Source: an uncultured Coxiellaceae bacterium
GTDB lineage: Bacteria > Myxococcota_A > Polyangia > Polyangiales > Houyiibacteriaceae
Length of the DNA: 64,000 bases
Direction of reading: 5' to 3'
NCBI GenBank assembly: GCA_964194675.1
Contig: CAXMND010000179.1
Coordinates: 192 to 64,191, forward strand
The notes under the pieces are model-generated. The model saw only the letters and a list, made by a program, of their open reading frames with translations. It was not told where the DNA came from and ran no database searches. The stretch's first letter is position 1; each line of letters opens with the position of its first letter. Of the stretch, positions 1 to 10,616 are shown one piece after another. The position numbers and the translations under genes were made by a program.

Positions 1-1
1 T

Positions 2-1303
2 GTGGATCCGAGAGGCGGGGGCTTTCTGGGATTGGGCTCAGGGATTGGGCTTGTTGTTGCTAGTATGGTGGGAGCGGGAGTCTTCCTCGGCGCTGGCTTC
101 ATGGCTCAAGAGTTGAGCGCTGGTCTGATTCTTATCGCGTGGGTCGTTGGTGCGTTGTTGGCGATGGCCGGGGCACGAACCTATGCCGAGGTGAGTGTGC
201 TCATACCGCGTTCGGGCGGTGAGTATCGTTATCTATCCGAGCTGATTCATCCCGCGGTCGGGTACCTCGCTGGGTGGGCATCGTTGCTGGTGGGTTTCGC
301 CGCGCCCACCGCGATCAGTGCTTACGGCGCGGCGGCGTTTGCTTTTGCGGTTCTGGGAACGGGGGACGCGCGTTGGGGGGCGACGGGATTGATTTTGGCG
401 CTGAGCTTCTTTCACGCCGCTGAGCTTCGCCTGTCGAAGTGGACACAAAACAGTCTGGTCATCGTGAATGGGATGCTCCTCGTCGGGTTCATCGCTGTCG
501 GGTTGTCGCTCGGCAGCCACGAGTGGCCGACGTGGGTGGCCCCGGGGAGGAGCACTGGCTTCTCGGCGCTGCCCTTCGCGACGAGCCTTTTCTTCGTGGC
601 CTACGCGTTCTCGGGTTGGAATGCAGCGGCCTACGCCGCGGAGGAGTTCCGGCATCCCACCCGCGACGTCCCACGTGCGATGCTCATCGGCTGCGGCGTG
701 GTCGGGGTGCTCTACTTACTCGTGAACTGGGTGCTCGTCGCCAACCTCACCCCAGCGCAAGCCGAGGTCGTGTTCCAGTACGAAGAGGCTCGCGTCACGC
801 TGGGCCATCTGGTGGCTGAAGATCTCCTCGGTGAGGTCGGTTCGAACATCATGTCTACGGCCATCGCGATCGCCATGCTGTCGAGCACGAGCGCCATGCT
901 CCTCGTCGGCCCCCGCGTGTATGCCGAAATGGCACGCGATGGTTTTCTTCCGTCGGCCCTGCGTGGAAAGCCCGGTACACCCCCGCGCGCATCGGTTTTC
1001 GTCCAAGGGGCGCTCGCGATCCTTCTCCTGCATCTCCATTCGATCGGAGAGCTCCTCAGCAACGTGGCCGGCGTCCTCGTCTTGTTCTCGGCGCTGGTCG
1101 CGGTCGGTCTACTCTTCGTCAGCCGACGACGGCCGGACCTTCCGCCCCCGAGGCCGCAGGCTCTATTCGCCGCTCTCGTGTACGCGGGGTCGTCGGGGTG
1201 GATGCTCTACAACGCTTTCAAGAGTCAGACAGGGTTGTTGCCGTGGCTCGGCGTGGTCGGCGTAGCGGGCCTTGCTGGGTACTTTGCGACCCGATCTTCG
1301 TAG
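2..1303 (+). CDS. APC-superfamily amino acid permease (start at or beyond the window edge)
   Basis: The 433-aa ORF has about 12 hydrophobic segments. Its N-terminal Gly-rich helix 'VVASMVGAGVFLGAGF' is typical of amino-acid/polyamine transporters. It begins at a GTG 1 nt from the window edge, so the true start may lie upstream. Confidence 0.7.
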   Translation: MDPRGGGFLGLGSGIGLVVASMVGAGVFLGAGFMAQELSAGLILIAWVVGALLAMAGARTYAEVSVLIPRSGGEYRYLSELIHPAVGYLAGWASLLVGFAAPTAISAYGAAAFAFAVLGTGDARWGATGLILALSFFHAAELRLSKWTQNSLVIVNGMLLVGFIAVGLSLGSHEWPTWVAPGRSTGFSALPFATSLFFVAYAFSGWNAAAYAAEEFRHPTRDVPRAMLIGCGVVGVLYLLVNWVLVANLTPAQAEVVFQYEEARVTLGHLVAEDLLGEVGSNIMSTAIAIAMLSSTSAMLLVGPRVYAEMARDGFLPSALRGKPGTPPRASVFVQGALAILLLHLHSIGELLSNVAGVLVLFSALVAVGLLFVSRRRPDLPPPRPQALFAALVYAGSSGWMLYNAFKSQTGLLPWLGVVGVAGLAGYFATRSS

Positions 1304-1339
1304 TCGTAGTGGTACTCGAAGATGCAGACGAAAAAGCGG

Positions 1340-3628
1340 TTACTCGCCCACGATTGCGTCGAGCGCGCTCGCATGCGCATGGGCGAGCTCTTCGACCGGC
1401 ACCTCGCACACGCCCTTGATACCGAGGGTGTGGCCTGCGACGGTGCCAAGCGTCTCGAACGGGACGCCGAGGCGCTTACATACCGAGAGCGCCTCGTCCA
1501 CGTGGTCCGAGGGTAGGCTCACTATGATCCGCGACGGTTCTTCGCTGAAAAGCAATGCATGGGCGGGCGCGTCTCCGCCGGCAGGGAGTGAGACGCGCGC
1601 CCCGTGGCCGTGCGCGATGCAGGCCTCCGCCAAGCATATGGCAAAGCCGCCGTCGCTGACATCGTGGGCGCTGCTGACCAGTTGTCGTTGCGCAAGCTCG
1701 AGCATGGCGTGCTGCAACACGGCCTCGGCATCGAGGTCGATGCCAACCGGGGCGCCAGTGACCGAACCCGTCGTTTGCACGAGCCACTCCGACCCACCCA
1801 GAACACCGCGTGAAGGTCTTCCGAGGTGCGCCACGACGTCGCCCTCGGTGACGAATCCCAGCCCGAGTCGGTGCGCTGGGTCCTCGAGCTGGCCGACTAC
1901 CGCAACGGTCGGTGTGGGTAGGATCGAATTTCCGTCGGTCTCGTTGTAGAAGCTCACGTTTCCGGACACGACCGGCGCCCCAAGCGCGGTGCACGCCGCG
2001 GCCAATCCGTCGATCGCTTGGGCGAAGCGCCACATCTGTTCCGGCACCTCGGGGTTTCCGAAGTTGAGGCAGTCGGTCAAACCTAGTGGCTTGGCCCCCA
2101 CGCACACCACGTTGCGCGTGCATTCCGCGACTGCCATTGCAGCGCCGCCAAAGGGATCGAGCTCGACGTGGCGTCCATTGCAGTCAGCCGACACGGCGAG
2201 GAATTTTTCTCGAGTGCCGTTGGCGTCGCTGCAGAACACACGAACGACTGCTGCGTCGCCGTCACCGGGACGAACCACAGTCCCGTCTTGGACGATGTGG
2301 TCGTACTGTCTCCAAATCCATGACCTGCTTCCGATGTTGGGAGAGCCGATCAGACCCAATATTGCGACTCCGAGGTTGTCAGGCGCATCGTCGGTCATGG
2401 AGACCAAGGTTGCTGTTTCGGGACTCGCCTTCTGCGGGCGGTCGTATTTGGGTGCGCAGTCTGTCAGCAGGTCGACCGGCAGATCCACGACGACGACGGG
2501 GTCGGGCTCGGTCGGTGCGTCATCGAATGGATCGTGGCCCGGCGTGGCTTTACAGACGAAACGGCTCGTGTCGGTGACGCGGCCGACGATCGATGCGTCG
2601 AGATCCCACTTGGCGCAGATGTCGAACACCTCTTGCTCGCGGCCTCGTTTGGCCACCATGAGCATGCGTTCCTGAGACTCGCTTAGGAGCATTTCATACG
2701 GACTGAGCGCGCACGTCCGCCGCGGGATCGCATCGAGGTCGAGCTCGATACCGTTGCCCGCGCGTGCCGCCATTTCCACCGACGATGAGGTCAGCCCCGC
2801 GGCGCCCATGTCTTGTACTCCGGCCAAACAGTCGGTCGCGAAGATCTCGAGACAGGCCTCGAGAAGAAGCTTCTCCATGAAGGGATCACCCACCTGCACC
2901 GTAGGAAGCTTGCTATCGGTGTCTTCGCCGAACTCGGCGCTTGCCATCGTCGCGCCATGAATGCCGTCGCGTCCGGTTTTCGCCCCGACGTAGATGACCG
3001 AGTTCCCGACGCCCTCGGCCCGGCCGAAGAACAGCTTGTCTGTCTTGGCGATGCCGACCGTGAAGGCGTTGACCAGAATGTTGCGGTCGTAGCTGGCGTC
3101 GAACTGCACTTCGCCGCCCACGGTGGGCACGCCGATGCAGTTGCCGTAGCCGCCGATCCCTGCGACGACGCCTTTGAGCAGATGCGGCGTCTTTGGATGG
3201 TCGGGTCGGCCGAACCGTAGCGAATTGAGTGAGGCCACCGGTCGGGCGCCCATGGTGAACACGTCGCGGAGAATGCCGCCCACACCCGTTGCGGCGCCTT
3301 GATAGGGCTCGATGTACGAAGGGTGGTTGTGGGACTCCATCTTGAACACCGCACAGAAACCGTCACCAATATCGACCGCGCCGGCGTTTTCGCCCGGGCC
3401 CTGCACGACCTGGGGACCCTCGGTGGGCAATCGTGAAAGATGTACTCGGGAGGACTTGTAAGAGCAGTGCTCGGACCACATCACGCTGATGACCCCGAGC
3501 TCGGCGTAGCTTGGCTTTCGGGAAAGCGTGGCGAGAACGCGGTCCCATTCGTGGTCGGCCAGCCCGAACTCGCGTGCGAGCTCTGGGGAAGCGTCTGGTT
3601 CTCCAGGGAAATTTGGGGGCGTCGTCAT
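1340..3628 (-). CDS. purL: Phosphoribosylformylglycinamidine synthase subunit PurL
   Basis: The ORF contains '[18 protein letters not shown]' and the repeated AIR-synthase-like domains typical of PurL. I trimmed the start to the ATG at 3628 ('[10 protein letters not shown]'), which overlaps the purQ stop by 4 nt (ATGA). The 120-codon upstream extension is Arg-rich nonsense. Confidence 0.93.
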   Translation of the reverse strand: MTTPPNFPGEPDASPELAREFGLADHEWDRVLATLSRKPSYAELGVISVMWSEHCSYKSSRVHLSRLPTEGPQVVQGPGENAGAVDIGDGFCAVFKMESHNHPSYIEPYQGAATGVGGILRDVFTMGARPVASLNSLRFGRPDHPKTPHLLKGVVAGIGGYGNCIGVPTVGGEVQFDASYDRNILVNAFTVGIAKTDKLFFGRAEGVGNSVIYVGAKTGRDGIHGATMASAEFGEDTDSKLPTVQVGDPFMEKLLLEACLEIFATDCLAGVQDMGAAGLTSSSVEMAARAGNGIELDLDAIPRRTCALSPYEMLLSESQERMLMVAKRGREQEVFDICAKWDLDASIVGRVTDTSRFVCKATPGHDPFDDAPTEPDPVVVVDLPVDLLTDCAPKYDRPQKASPETATLVSMTDDAPDNLGVAILGLIGSPNIGSRSWIWRQYDHIVQDGTVVRPGDGDAAVVRVFCSDANGTREKFLAVSADCNGRHVELDPFGGAAMAVAECTRNVVCVGAKPLGLTDCLNFGNPEVPEQMWRFAQAIDGLAAACTALGAPVVSGNVSFYNETDGNSILPTPTVAVVGQLEDPAHRLGLGFVTEGDVVAHLGRPSRGVLGGSEWLVQTTGSVTGAPVGIDLDAEAVLQHAMLELAQRQLVSSAHDVSDGGFAICLAEACIAHGHGARVSLPAGGDAPAHALLFSEEPSRIIVSLPSDHVDEALSVCKRLGVPFETLGTVAGHTLGIKGVCEVPVEELAHAHASALDAIVGE

Positions 3629-4320
3629 TCGAGTCCCAGGTGGCGCTGGAGTGATTGAAAGAGGCGCAACCCATCGTCGTTTCCGAGGATGGCTTCGCTG
3701 GCCCGTTCGGGGTGTGGCATCATGCCGAGTACGTTCTTGTCGCGATTGTAGACACCCGCGATGTCGTCGACCGCGCCATTCGGATTGGCCGCGCCGCCTT
3801 CGGGCGCATCGCCGTGGCGCGTGCAGTAACGAAAGGCGACCTGATCGTTGGCGTCGAGCTCCTCCAATGCTTCGGGGCTGCACTGATAACGCCCGTCTGC
3901 GTGGGCGATCGGAAGGCGCAGCACCTGCCCCCTGCCCATATCGGTGAAGGGTCCACCGTTTTCGACGCGAACGAAGATGTCTCGGCACTCGAACCGAAGA
4001 TGCGCGTTGCGGGTGAGGGCGCCCGGCAGGAGGCCCATCTCGGTGAGGACTTGAAAGCCATTGCAGATGCCCAGGATTGGCCCTCCACGGTCGGCAAACT
4101 CTCGAATCGCATCGACGATCGGGCTAAAGCGCGCGATCGCTCCGGCTCGCAAGTAGTCTCCGTACGAGAAACCACCCGGAATCAACACAGCGTCAGCGTC
4201 CCCGAGCGAAGGCTCTTTGTGGAAGGCGTACCAAGCGTCGGCCCCGAGGACATCCCTCACAGCGTGAAGGGCGTCCCAATCCGCGTTTGAACCTGGAAAT
4301 TGAACGACAGCGACTCTCAT
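3625..4320 (-). CDS. purQ: Phosphoribosylformylglycinamidine synthase glutaminase subunit PurQ
   Basis: The N-terminus '[16 protein letters not shown]' and the motif 'GICNGFQVL' (class I glutamine amidotransferase nucleophile Cys) identify it. It is translationally coupled to purL. Confidence 0.93.
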   Translation of the reverse strand: MRVAVVQFPGSNADWDALHAVRDVLGADAWYAFHKEPSLGDADAVLIPGGFSYGDYLRAGAIARFSPIVDAIREFADRGGPILGICNGFQVLTEMGLLPGALTRNAHLRFECRDIFVRVENGGPFTDMGRGQVLRLPIAHADGRYQCSPEALEELDANDQVAFRYCTRHGDAPEGGAANPNGAVDDIAGVYNRDKNVLGMMPHPERASEAILGNDDGLRLFQSLQRHLGLE

Positions 4321-4392
4321 CGGGGGCGACTCGGGCTTCTAGGCGCGCGGAGCATACGGACCGACCGAGCCCGAGGCAACGCGGAAACTCGA

Positions 4393-5019
4393 CTATTGAA
4401 CGAGCTCGAAATACTCGTGCGAGATCTCGGGCTCGAGCCCCTCGACGGGGATCAAGCGAAACACGATCGTGCCGCGACAGCTTGCGGCATCGACCAGCCC
4501 GTACGTGCGGCTGTCCTGTCCCATGTAGCCCCGATAATCGCCCAATAGGTAGAGCTTGCCGGGCTCGACAGCCGTCTTGCGGACCAAGTGCTGACGGTTC
4601 TGGTTGAAGAAGATCTGGTGATTGTCACTTCCGCTGACTTCATTGCCCCACACGACCGAGCTTTTCACGTCTTTGTCCTCGTTGTAGAAGTCGGTGAGGC
4701 CACGCTCTTCGAACCGGACGGGCTGGCCGTCGATCCGAAGGACATCACGGAACGATTCGATCGTGCTACCCTCGGTCGCCGCGACTCGGCCGACCACCCA
4801 TCCTTCTTCGGTCGGGTGCTTGCAGACGGCAATGGAGCCGTGCACCGGCTCGCCCCGCTTGTTGATCAGGACTCGCTCGCCGTGCACGAGCGTGGGGGCC
4901 ATACCGTTGTGTTCCATCAAGGCGACGTCGAACAGGATCACCTTCAGCAGAAGCAGCACGATGATGACCGCCGCGCCGATCCACGACAAACACCCGAGTC
5001 CGCTTCGAATCCACCCCAC
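4393..5019 (-). CDS. Signal peptidase I (S26) homologue with a degenerate catalytic dyad, N-terminal membrane anchor
   Basis: An N-terminal TM helix is followed by S26 boxes. Box B reads 'NGMAPTL' where SM-x-PTL is expected. Box D reads 'VVGRVAATEG' where KR-x-x-G-x-x-GD is expected. Box E reads 'LGDYRGYMGQDSRTYG' where GDNR-x-x-S-x-DSR is expected. Confidence 0.7.
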   Translation of the reverse strand: MGWIRSGLGCLSWIGAAVIIVLLLLKVILFDVALMEHNGMAPTLVHGERVLINKRGEPVHGSIAVCKHPTEEGWVVGRVAATEGSTIESFRDVLRIDGQPVRFEERGLTDFYNEDKDVKSSVVWGNEVSGSDNHQIFFNQNRQHLVRKTAVEPGKLYLLGDYRGYMGQDSRTYGLVDAASCRGTIVFRLIPVEGLEPEISHEYFELVQ

Positions 5020-5027
5020 GAGCTCGG

Positions 5028-5666
5028 CTATTCAACGTTTGCGTGGTCCTTGTCAAGCCGGCTGAGGAAACCGTCGAGGACGATTCTCGGTTCCTCCGCA
5101 TCGCAGACCGCGCGCTGAACTGCGACTCCCTGGGCGCCGGCGTCGAGCAGCGGCTCTACTTCCTCCAGTCCGATGCCACCGAGCGCGAACACCGGGATCT
5201 GGAGGCCAGCGATCGCTCGCCGAAAACCCTCCACTCCAATCGGCGGATTCTTGCCGGGGACTTCGCGCACCGGGCTCAGGAACGCATACGTCGCGCCGGT
5301 CTCCTGCGCCGCGACAAGACCAGCTCGATCGTGACGGGATACGCCGATCATCTCGAGGCTCGGCCATTGGTGTCGGATCTGCGCGATCAGCAAGCCGGTT
5401 TCCGGGAGGTGGACCCCGTCGGCGCCGATGATGTGGGCTACATCGGCGCGCTGGTTGACCACCAGGGGGCTCCCGACCGACTCGGTTAACACCCGCAGCT
5501 CGCGTCCCCACTCGATCAGTGCTCGGTCAGAAGTGCGCTTTGCACGGAGTTGAACCCCGATCTGGCCACCCGCCCGGCCCTCGAGCGCTCGTCGCACGGA
5601 GGCGACCGGCCCGGCCTGGTGATCTGGGCTTGTGATGATCCAGATCCGCGGAAGCTTGGTCGGCAT
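5028..5666 (-). CDS. thiE: Thiamine-phosphate synthase
   Basis: The 212-aa ORF carries the TMP-synthase TIM-barrel pattern ('VQLRAK', 'VNQRADVAHIIGADGVHL', 'FALGGI'). It lies directly downstream of thiG. Confidence 0.85.
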   Translation of the reverse strand: MPTKLPRIWIITSPDHQAGPVASVRRALEGRAGGQIGVQLRAKRTSDRALIEWGRELRVLTESVGSPLVVNQRADVAHIIGADGVHLPETGLLIAQIRHQWPSLEMIGVSRHDRAGLVAAQETGATYAFLSPVREVPGKNPPIGVEGFRRAIAGLQIPVFALGGIGLEEVEPLLDAGAQGVAVQRAVCDAEEPRIVLDGFLSRLDKDHANVE

Positions 5667-5679
5667 CGATTCGCCGCGG

Positions 5680-6477
5680 TTACGATCGGCCGTCTTGGTC
5701 GGAGCCGATCACTCCCTCGATGGGGCTCGACGCAGTCGCGTAGAGCTTTCGCTGAATTCGACCCGCCAGGAACGCGTCGCGCCCCGCCTGTACGGCGAGC
5801 TTCATCGCCCGCGCCATCGTCACCGGGTCTTTTGCGCCCGCGATGGCGGTGTTCATCAGGACGCCGTCGATCCCGAGCTCCATTGCGACTGCGGCGTCGG
5901 AGGCGGTACCCACGCCCGCGTCGACGATCACCGGGACGCTGGCGTGTTTCACGATGATCTCGATGTTGAACGGATTGCGGACGCCGAGGCCGCTTCCGAT
6001 AGGCGCCGCGAGCGGCATGACCGCGGCGCAGCCAAGATCTTCGAGGCGCCTCGCTGCGACCGGGTCATCGTTGAAGTAGGGCAGCACGGTGAATCCATCG
6101 TCAACCAAGGTCTTGGCAGCCTCGAGTGTCGCGGGCACATCCGGGAAGAGGGTCTTTTCGTCGCCGATGACCTCGAGCTTCACCAGTGGGGTATCGAGGA
6201 GCTCGCGCGCCAAGCGCGCCGTCCGAACCGCATCCTCGGCGGTGTAACAGCCGGCTGTGTTGGGGAGGAGAGTGTAGCCGCCTTCGCGAAGCACCGACAT
6301 GATCGTTTCTCTTCCGGTGGCCTTCAAATCGACGCGGCGCACCGCCACTGTCACGACCTCGCACCCTGAAGCTTCGAGAGCTCCTCTCGCTGTGTCGAGA
6401 TCCGGATACTTGCCCGTACCCGTGAACAGCCTCGACCGGAACTCGAACTGGCCGATCGCGAGAATATCTTCGGACAC
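5680..6477 (-). CDS. thiG: Thiazole synthase
   Basis: The sequence '[14 protein letters not shown]...LLPNTAGC...[13 protein letters not shown]' is the classical ThiG signature. The gene abuts the thiS stop. Confidence 0.93.
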   Translation of the reverse strand: MSEDILAIGQFEFRSRLFTGTGKYPDLDTARGALEASGCEVVTVAVRRVDLKATGRETIMSVLREGGYTLLPNTAGCYTAEDAVRTARLARELLDTPLVKLEVIGDEKTLFPDVPATLEAAKTLVDDGFTVLPYFNDDPVAARRLEDLGCAAVMPLAAPIGSGLGVRNPFNIEIIVKHASVPVIVDAGVGTASDAAVAMELGIDGVLMNTAIAGAKDPVTMARAMKLAVQAGRDAFLAGRIQRKLYATASSPIEGVIGSDQDGRS

Positions 6478-6678
6478 TCAACCACCTCCTACGAAATGCA
6501 CCACCTCGACGCGATCGCCCTCGGCGAGCTGGGTGTGGGCATGCTGCGCTCGTGGCACGATCTCTTCGTTGCGCTCGACGGCAACCAAGACGTCCGCGAG
6601 GCCTAGCGAGGCCAGCAAGTCCCTGATGGTCGCGTTCGAGTCCACCTGTCGTTCCTCACCGTTGACGACGAGACGCAT
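6478..6678 (-). CDS. thiS: Sulfur carrier protein ThiS
   Basis: This is a 66-aa product, '[12 protein letters not shown]...[10 protein letters not shown]', with the C-terminal GG. I trimmed the ORF-track start (6789) to the ATG at 6678, because the extension would run into the divergent methylase gene. Confidence 0.85.
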   Translation of the reverse strand: MRLVVNGEERQVDSNATIRDLLASLGLADVLVAVERNEEIVPRAQHAHTQLAEGDRVEVVHFVGGG

Positions 6679-6763
6679 CAGCAGAGAGTAGGGCGGCCCC
6701 CGAGGCGCCGCAAGCGAACGGGATCGATGGGCGCAGCGGACTCCGGGTGATAGGCTCGCCATC

Positions 6764-7609
6764 GTGAAGAAGATCTTGGAGGGCGACAATCTCTCCGTTC
6801 TCCGGACGCTTCCCCGAGCGTTCGCGCGGCTCGTCTATATCGATCCCCCGTTTAACACGGGTCGTAGGCAGGCTCGAGAGCGGATGCATGTAAAAGCCGC
6901 TGCCGACGGGGAACGCACGGGCTTCGGCGGCCGGCGATACGAGGTAGAGCGTCTCGAGAGTCCCACGTACGAGGACGATTTCGACGACTACATTTCGTTT
7001 CTGATCACTCGTATCGAGGCCGCCCTGCCTTGCCTGACCCCCGATGGGTCGTTTTTCGTGCATCTCGACTACCGTGAGGTGCACTACGCCAAGGTCGCGC
7101 TCGATCGATTGCTCGGCCGCGATCGATTCCGCAACGAGATCATTTGGGCGTATGACTTTGGAGGTCGCCCGAAGCGATGGTGGCCCGCCAAGCACGACAG
7201 CATCCTTTGGTACACCCTCGACCCCGAGCGCTACGTCTTCCAATTCGAAGAAATGGATCGCATTCCGTACATGGCGCCAGGCCTCGTCGGAAAAGAAAAG
7301 GCAGCCCGCGGCAAGACACCGACTGACGTGTGGTGGCACACGATCGTTCCAACAGCGGGCAAAGAGAAGACCGGCTACCCGACCCAGAAGCCCCTCGGGG
7401 TGCTCGAACGAATCATCAAGGTGCATACCGAGCCGGGTGACATCGTCCTCGACTTCTTCGCCGGGAGCGGGACGACGGGTGAAGCAGCCGCGCGCCACGA
7501 TCGTGGCTTCGTCCTCATCGACGAGAATCCTGAAGCGATCGCGGTCATGTCCGAGCGGCTAGCAGCCTGGGATCCCGAGGTCGTCCAGACGGCCCCTACC
7601 GAGGAGTGA
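6764..7609 (+). CDS. Beta-class N6-adenine/N4-cytosine DNA methyltransferase (orphan)
   Basis: The N-terminal '[14 protein letters not shown]' is followed by the catalytic 'IDPPFNTG' and then a C-terminal SAM-binding '[13 protein letters not shown]'. That motif order (IV before I) defines the beta class. No endonuclease candidate lies next to it. Confidence 0.85.
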   Translation: MKKILEGDNLSVLRTLPRAFARLVYIDPPFNTGRRQARERMHVKAAADGERTGFGGRRYEVERLESPTYEDDFDDYISFLITRIEAALPCLTPDGSFFVHLDYREVHYAKVALDRLLGRDRFRNEIIWAYDFGGRPKRWWPAKHDSILWYTLDPERYVFQFEEMDRIPYMAPGLVGKEKAARGKTPTDVWWHTIVPTAGKEKTGYPTQKPLGVLERIIKVHTEPGDIVLDFFAGSGTTGEAAARHDRGFVLIDENPEAIAVMSERLAAWDPEVVQTAPTEE

Positions 7610-8495
7610 ATTCCACTTCGAACACCGCGGGCCACAGCTTTCCTGTTAGCAAGAACGTCTTCGTGTCGGGGTTGTAGGCGATTCCGTTGAGCACATCGGC
7701 GCGGGTCGCCTCTTCACCCGAGAGCAGACCCCTCGCATCGATAGAGGCGGTCACGTCGCCCGAGTTGGGGTCGATCCGCACGATCTCGTTTCGACGCCAA
7801 ATGTTCGCGTAGATCTGGGGACCCACACATTCGAGCTCATTGAGCATTCGGACCGGAATGCCTTCCTGGCGGACCGTCAGTCGTCGACGGACCTCCATCG
7901 TCCCGGGATCGCGGAAGGTGAGTATCGATGACCCGTTGCTCATGATCAACGAGGTACCGTCGAAACAGAGCCCCCAACCCTCGCCGTCGTACCGGAGCGT
8001 CCCTTGCTCTTCGAGCGTATCGAGATCAGAGACGATCGCTTGCCCAGAGCGCCACGTCAACTGCACGAGCCGTTCGCCGATGCGCGCCAACCCCTCCCCG
8101 AAAAGCCTTCGGTCGAGCCTTTGCTCAGCCAGCACTTTTCCGTCCTCGAGCTTCACCCTTCGAAGGGACGACTGGCCGTACTCACCCGTGCTTTCGTACA
8201 TGACACCGTCATGCCAAATCAGGCCCTGCGTGAAGGCGTTTGCGTCGTGGGGATAGCGTCGCAGCACTCGGGTGCGGAGCGCTTCGATCTCGACCCTTGG
8301 GGCCGGGATCTGAGGGTCCGAGGGTCGGATCTCGACGGGCGCGACCGTCTCTTCGGTCGGTTTTCGAAAATTGGGTGCGAGAAAAACGCCCACTGCGATC
8401 ATGCCGCCGATTAGCATGCCGCCCCACATGACACGAGTGGATCGCTGCTCGGCGCGTTTCATTGCTTCGGTCTGCCGTCGTTGGGCCCGCGCCAT
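7596..8495 (-). CDS. Glutaminyl-peptide cyclotransferase (bacterial/plant beta-propeller type), membrane-anchored
   Basis: An N-terminal TM helix is followed by 'YPHDANAFTQGLIWHDGVMYESTGEYGQSSLRRV', typical of the glutamine cyclotransferase family. Its 3' end overlaps the convergent methylase gene by 14 bp. Confidence 0.8.
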   Translation of the reverse strand: MARAQRRQTEAMKRAEQRSTRVMWGGMLIGGMIAVGVFLAPNFRKPTEETVAPVEIRPSDPQIPAPRVEIEALRTRVLRRYPHDANAFTQGLIWHDGVMYESTGEYGQSSLRRVKLEDGKVLAEQRLDRRLFGEGLARIGERLVQLTWRSGQAIVSDLDTLEEQGTLRYDGEGWGLCFDGTSLIMSNGSSILTFRDPGTMEVRRRLTVRQEGIPVRMLNELECVGPQIYANIWRRNEIVRIDPNSGDVTASIDARGLLSGEEATRADVLNGIAYNPDTKTFLLTGKLWPAVFEVEFTPR

Positions 8496-8571
8496 GCAGG
8501 CCGAAGCCTAGTCGCCTCGGGTGGGGACGCCAACGCTTGACGCCGACGATGGCACCCACTAGCCAGAAGCC

Positions 8572-9726
8572 GTGCACCCCGACTCCCCAACGCCGTTGCG
8601 ACCGAGCATCCAAAGCGCCGACGCTTCGCTTCGGCCGACGCGCGCGGAGATCCTGCTCGATGCGATCGCGCACAACCTGCGGGTGGTTCGTCAAGCTGCG
8701 CAAGGGCGGAAAGTCCTCGCAGTCGTGAAGGCGGACGCATACGGCCACGGGATCGTGCCGGTTTCCCAGAAGCTTCAGGCCGAGGGTGTGGACGGTTTTG
8801 GCGTTGCTTTGGCGGAGGAGGGGCTCGAGCTTCGAGAGGCCGGGATCGATCGCGCGATTCTCGTGCTCAACGGGATTCATGGCGGGGCCCATCGCGATGT
8901 GATCGCCGCGGGTCTCACCCCTGTGCTCTATGAGATCTCCGAAGCGGCTGCATTTCATGCGGTGGCGGGCGGCCGTCCAATCGATGTTCACTTGAAGGTC
9001 GACACCGGCATGGGACGCCTCGGAGTCCCCGTGGCTTCGCTCACCGAGTTCCTGACAGAGCTTCGGAGCTTCCCATCGATTCGGATCGCCGGGCTCATGA
9101 CGCATCTCTCCACCGCTGACGTCGACCCGGATTTCGTCGCTGCCCAACTGAAAAGCTTCGCCCATGCTGATGGCCTCGTTCGAAGGTACGGCCACGATCC
9201 GGCTGTCCGACATGCAGCGAATAGTCCGGCGCTCTTCCGTCATCCCGAAGCGCACTTCGACTGGGTTCGTCCCGGGCTTGCGCTCTACGGCTATGCAGGT
9301 GCCGATTCGATCGATGCGCCGCTTCGGCCGGCCATGCGCTGGCGCACCGAGGTCATTCGGCTCCGGATTCTCGAGCCCGGCGAGTCGGCTGGGTACGGGC
9401 GAGCATTTCGAGCGACCCGAGAGACGCGACTCGCGACGCTTCCGCTCGGCTACGGAGACGGCCTTCTTCGCTCGGCGTCCAACCGCGCGCAGGTCCTGAT
9501 TCGCGGTCACCGTTGTTCGGTGGTCGGCAACGTATCGATGGATCTCACCACGATCGACGTGTCGACCGTGTCTGACGTGGTGTCGGGCGACGAAGTGCTC
9601 CTGCTCGGTGAGCAGGATGGCGAATCGCTCGATGCGCGCGATCTCGCACGCGCGACCGGTACGATCCCCTATGAGGTCCTGACGAACGTGTCCCGTCGCG
9701 TGCCTCGCATCTATCTGAATGGGTGA
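8572..9726 (+). CDS. alr: Alanine racemase
   Basis: It contains the PLP-lysine motif 'AVVKADAYGHG' and C-terminal 'GYGDG...VSMD' motifs. Confidence 0.9.
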   Translation: MHPDSPTPLRPSIQSADASLRPTRAEILLDAIAHNLRVVRQAAQGRKVLAVVKADAYGHGIVPVSQKLQAEGVDGFGVALAEEGLELREAGIDRAILVLNGIHGGAHRDVIAAGLTPVLYEISEAAAFHAVAGGRPIDVHLKVDTGMGRLGVPVASLTEFLTELRSFPSIRIAGLMTHLSTADVDPDFVAAQLKSFAHADGLVRRYGHDPAVRHAANSPALFRHPEAHFDWVRPGLALYGYAGADSIDAPLRPAMRWRTEVIRLRILEPGESAGYGRAFRATRETRLATLPLGYGDGLLRSASNRAQVLIRGHRCSVVGNVSMDLTTIDVSTVSDVVSGDEVLLLGEQDGESLDARDLARATGTIPYEVLTNVSRRVPRIYLNG

Positions 9727-9758
9727 CTTGTCGCCGCGAAAACATGGTATGAAACCTC

Positions 9759-10616
9759 GTGACTGGCGCAGCCCCTACGGCGTCTTCGGCCCCCGAAAAA
9801 GATAGAGCTCGCCGCGTCGCTCGCGGTCTGGTTCGCGGCTCGGGCGAATGGTTCGTCAAGCTCCTCCTATCGCCGTTCGTCGAGCTCGGCGCGCTTTCCA
9901 AGATGTTGGGCGAGGCGATCTTCTGGGGTATTCGCCCCCCCTATCGAGGGCGACTTCTCATCGAGGCGATGGAGTTTGTGGGCGTCGGATCGGTCTTCCT
10001 CGTCTCGTTGACGGCCCTGTTCGTCGGAGGCGTTCTGGCGTTGCAGCTGGTCGATGGGTTCCGCGACTTTGGCGCCGAAAACCAAACCGGTGCGGTGATC
10101 GGCCTGGCGCTAGCGCGTGAGATAGGGCCCGTCTTTACGGCCCTCATGGTGACCAGCCGTGCGGGGAGCGCCATGACGACCGAGCTCGGCTCGATGCGCG
10201 TCACGAACCAAATCGATGCCCTGGTATCGATGGCGGTGAACCCGGTGCAGTTCTTGGTCGTGCCACGACTGGTAGCTGGCTTCGTGATGGTCCCCGTATT
10301 GACGATACTCTTCGACGTCGTCGGCGTGTTCGGCGCTTTTTGCGTCGCGGTTTACTTGATGGGGCTCGATCCAGGGGTTTTCATGGATCGCTTACAGTGG
10401 CTGGTGGATTGGGACGACGTGTCGCAGGGGCTCACCAAAGCCATGGTCTTCGGCGTCGTCGTGACTCTGATCGCGTGTCGGCAAGGCTTCTACGCAAAAG
10501 GCGGCGCCGCCGGAGTAGGCCGCGCCACCAATCGGTCCGTCGTACACAGCGCGATCGCGATCCTCATGCTCGATTACCTGGTCACCAGCATCATTCTCGG
10601 TGAAGGATTTCTGTGA
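9759..10616 (+). CDS. mlaE: MlaE-family ABC transporter permease
   Basis: It contains the MlaE signature 'ALMVTSRAGSAMTTELGSMRVTNQIDAL' and multiple TM segments. The start codon is GTG. Confidence 0.85.
   Translation: MTGAAPTASSAPEKDRARRVARGLVRGSGEWFVKLLLSPFVELGALSKMLGEAIFWGIRPPYRGRLLIEAMEFVGVGSVFLVSLTALFVGGVLALQLVDGFRDFGAENQTGAVIGLALAREIGPVFTALMVTSRAGSAMTTELGSMRVTNQIDALVSMAVNPVQFLVVPRLVAGFVMVPVLTILFDVVGVFGAFCVAVYLMGLDPGVFMDRLQWLVDWDDVSQGLTKAMVFGVVVTLIACRQGFYAKGGAAGVGRATNRSVVHSAIAILMLDYLVTSIILGEGFL

Noticed and set aside
6679-6763. Expected TPP (THI-box) riboswitch upstream of thiS
   Set aside because: I read the minus strand of the 85-bp divergent gap and the adjacent sequence. I found no CUGAGA core or ACCUGAU..GG..AAU..CC element. 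I could not run a covariance model (Rfam TPP), which would be decisive.
8209-9510. A 433-aa ORF antisense to alr
   Set aside because: It is Arg/Pro/Gly-rich with no motifs. It lies fully opposite a confidently identified gene (alr) and part of the cyclase gene. This is the typical long shadow ORF of high-GC DNA.
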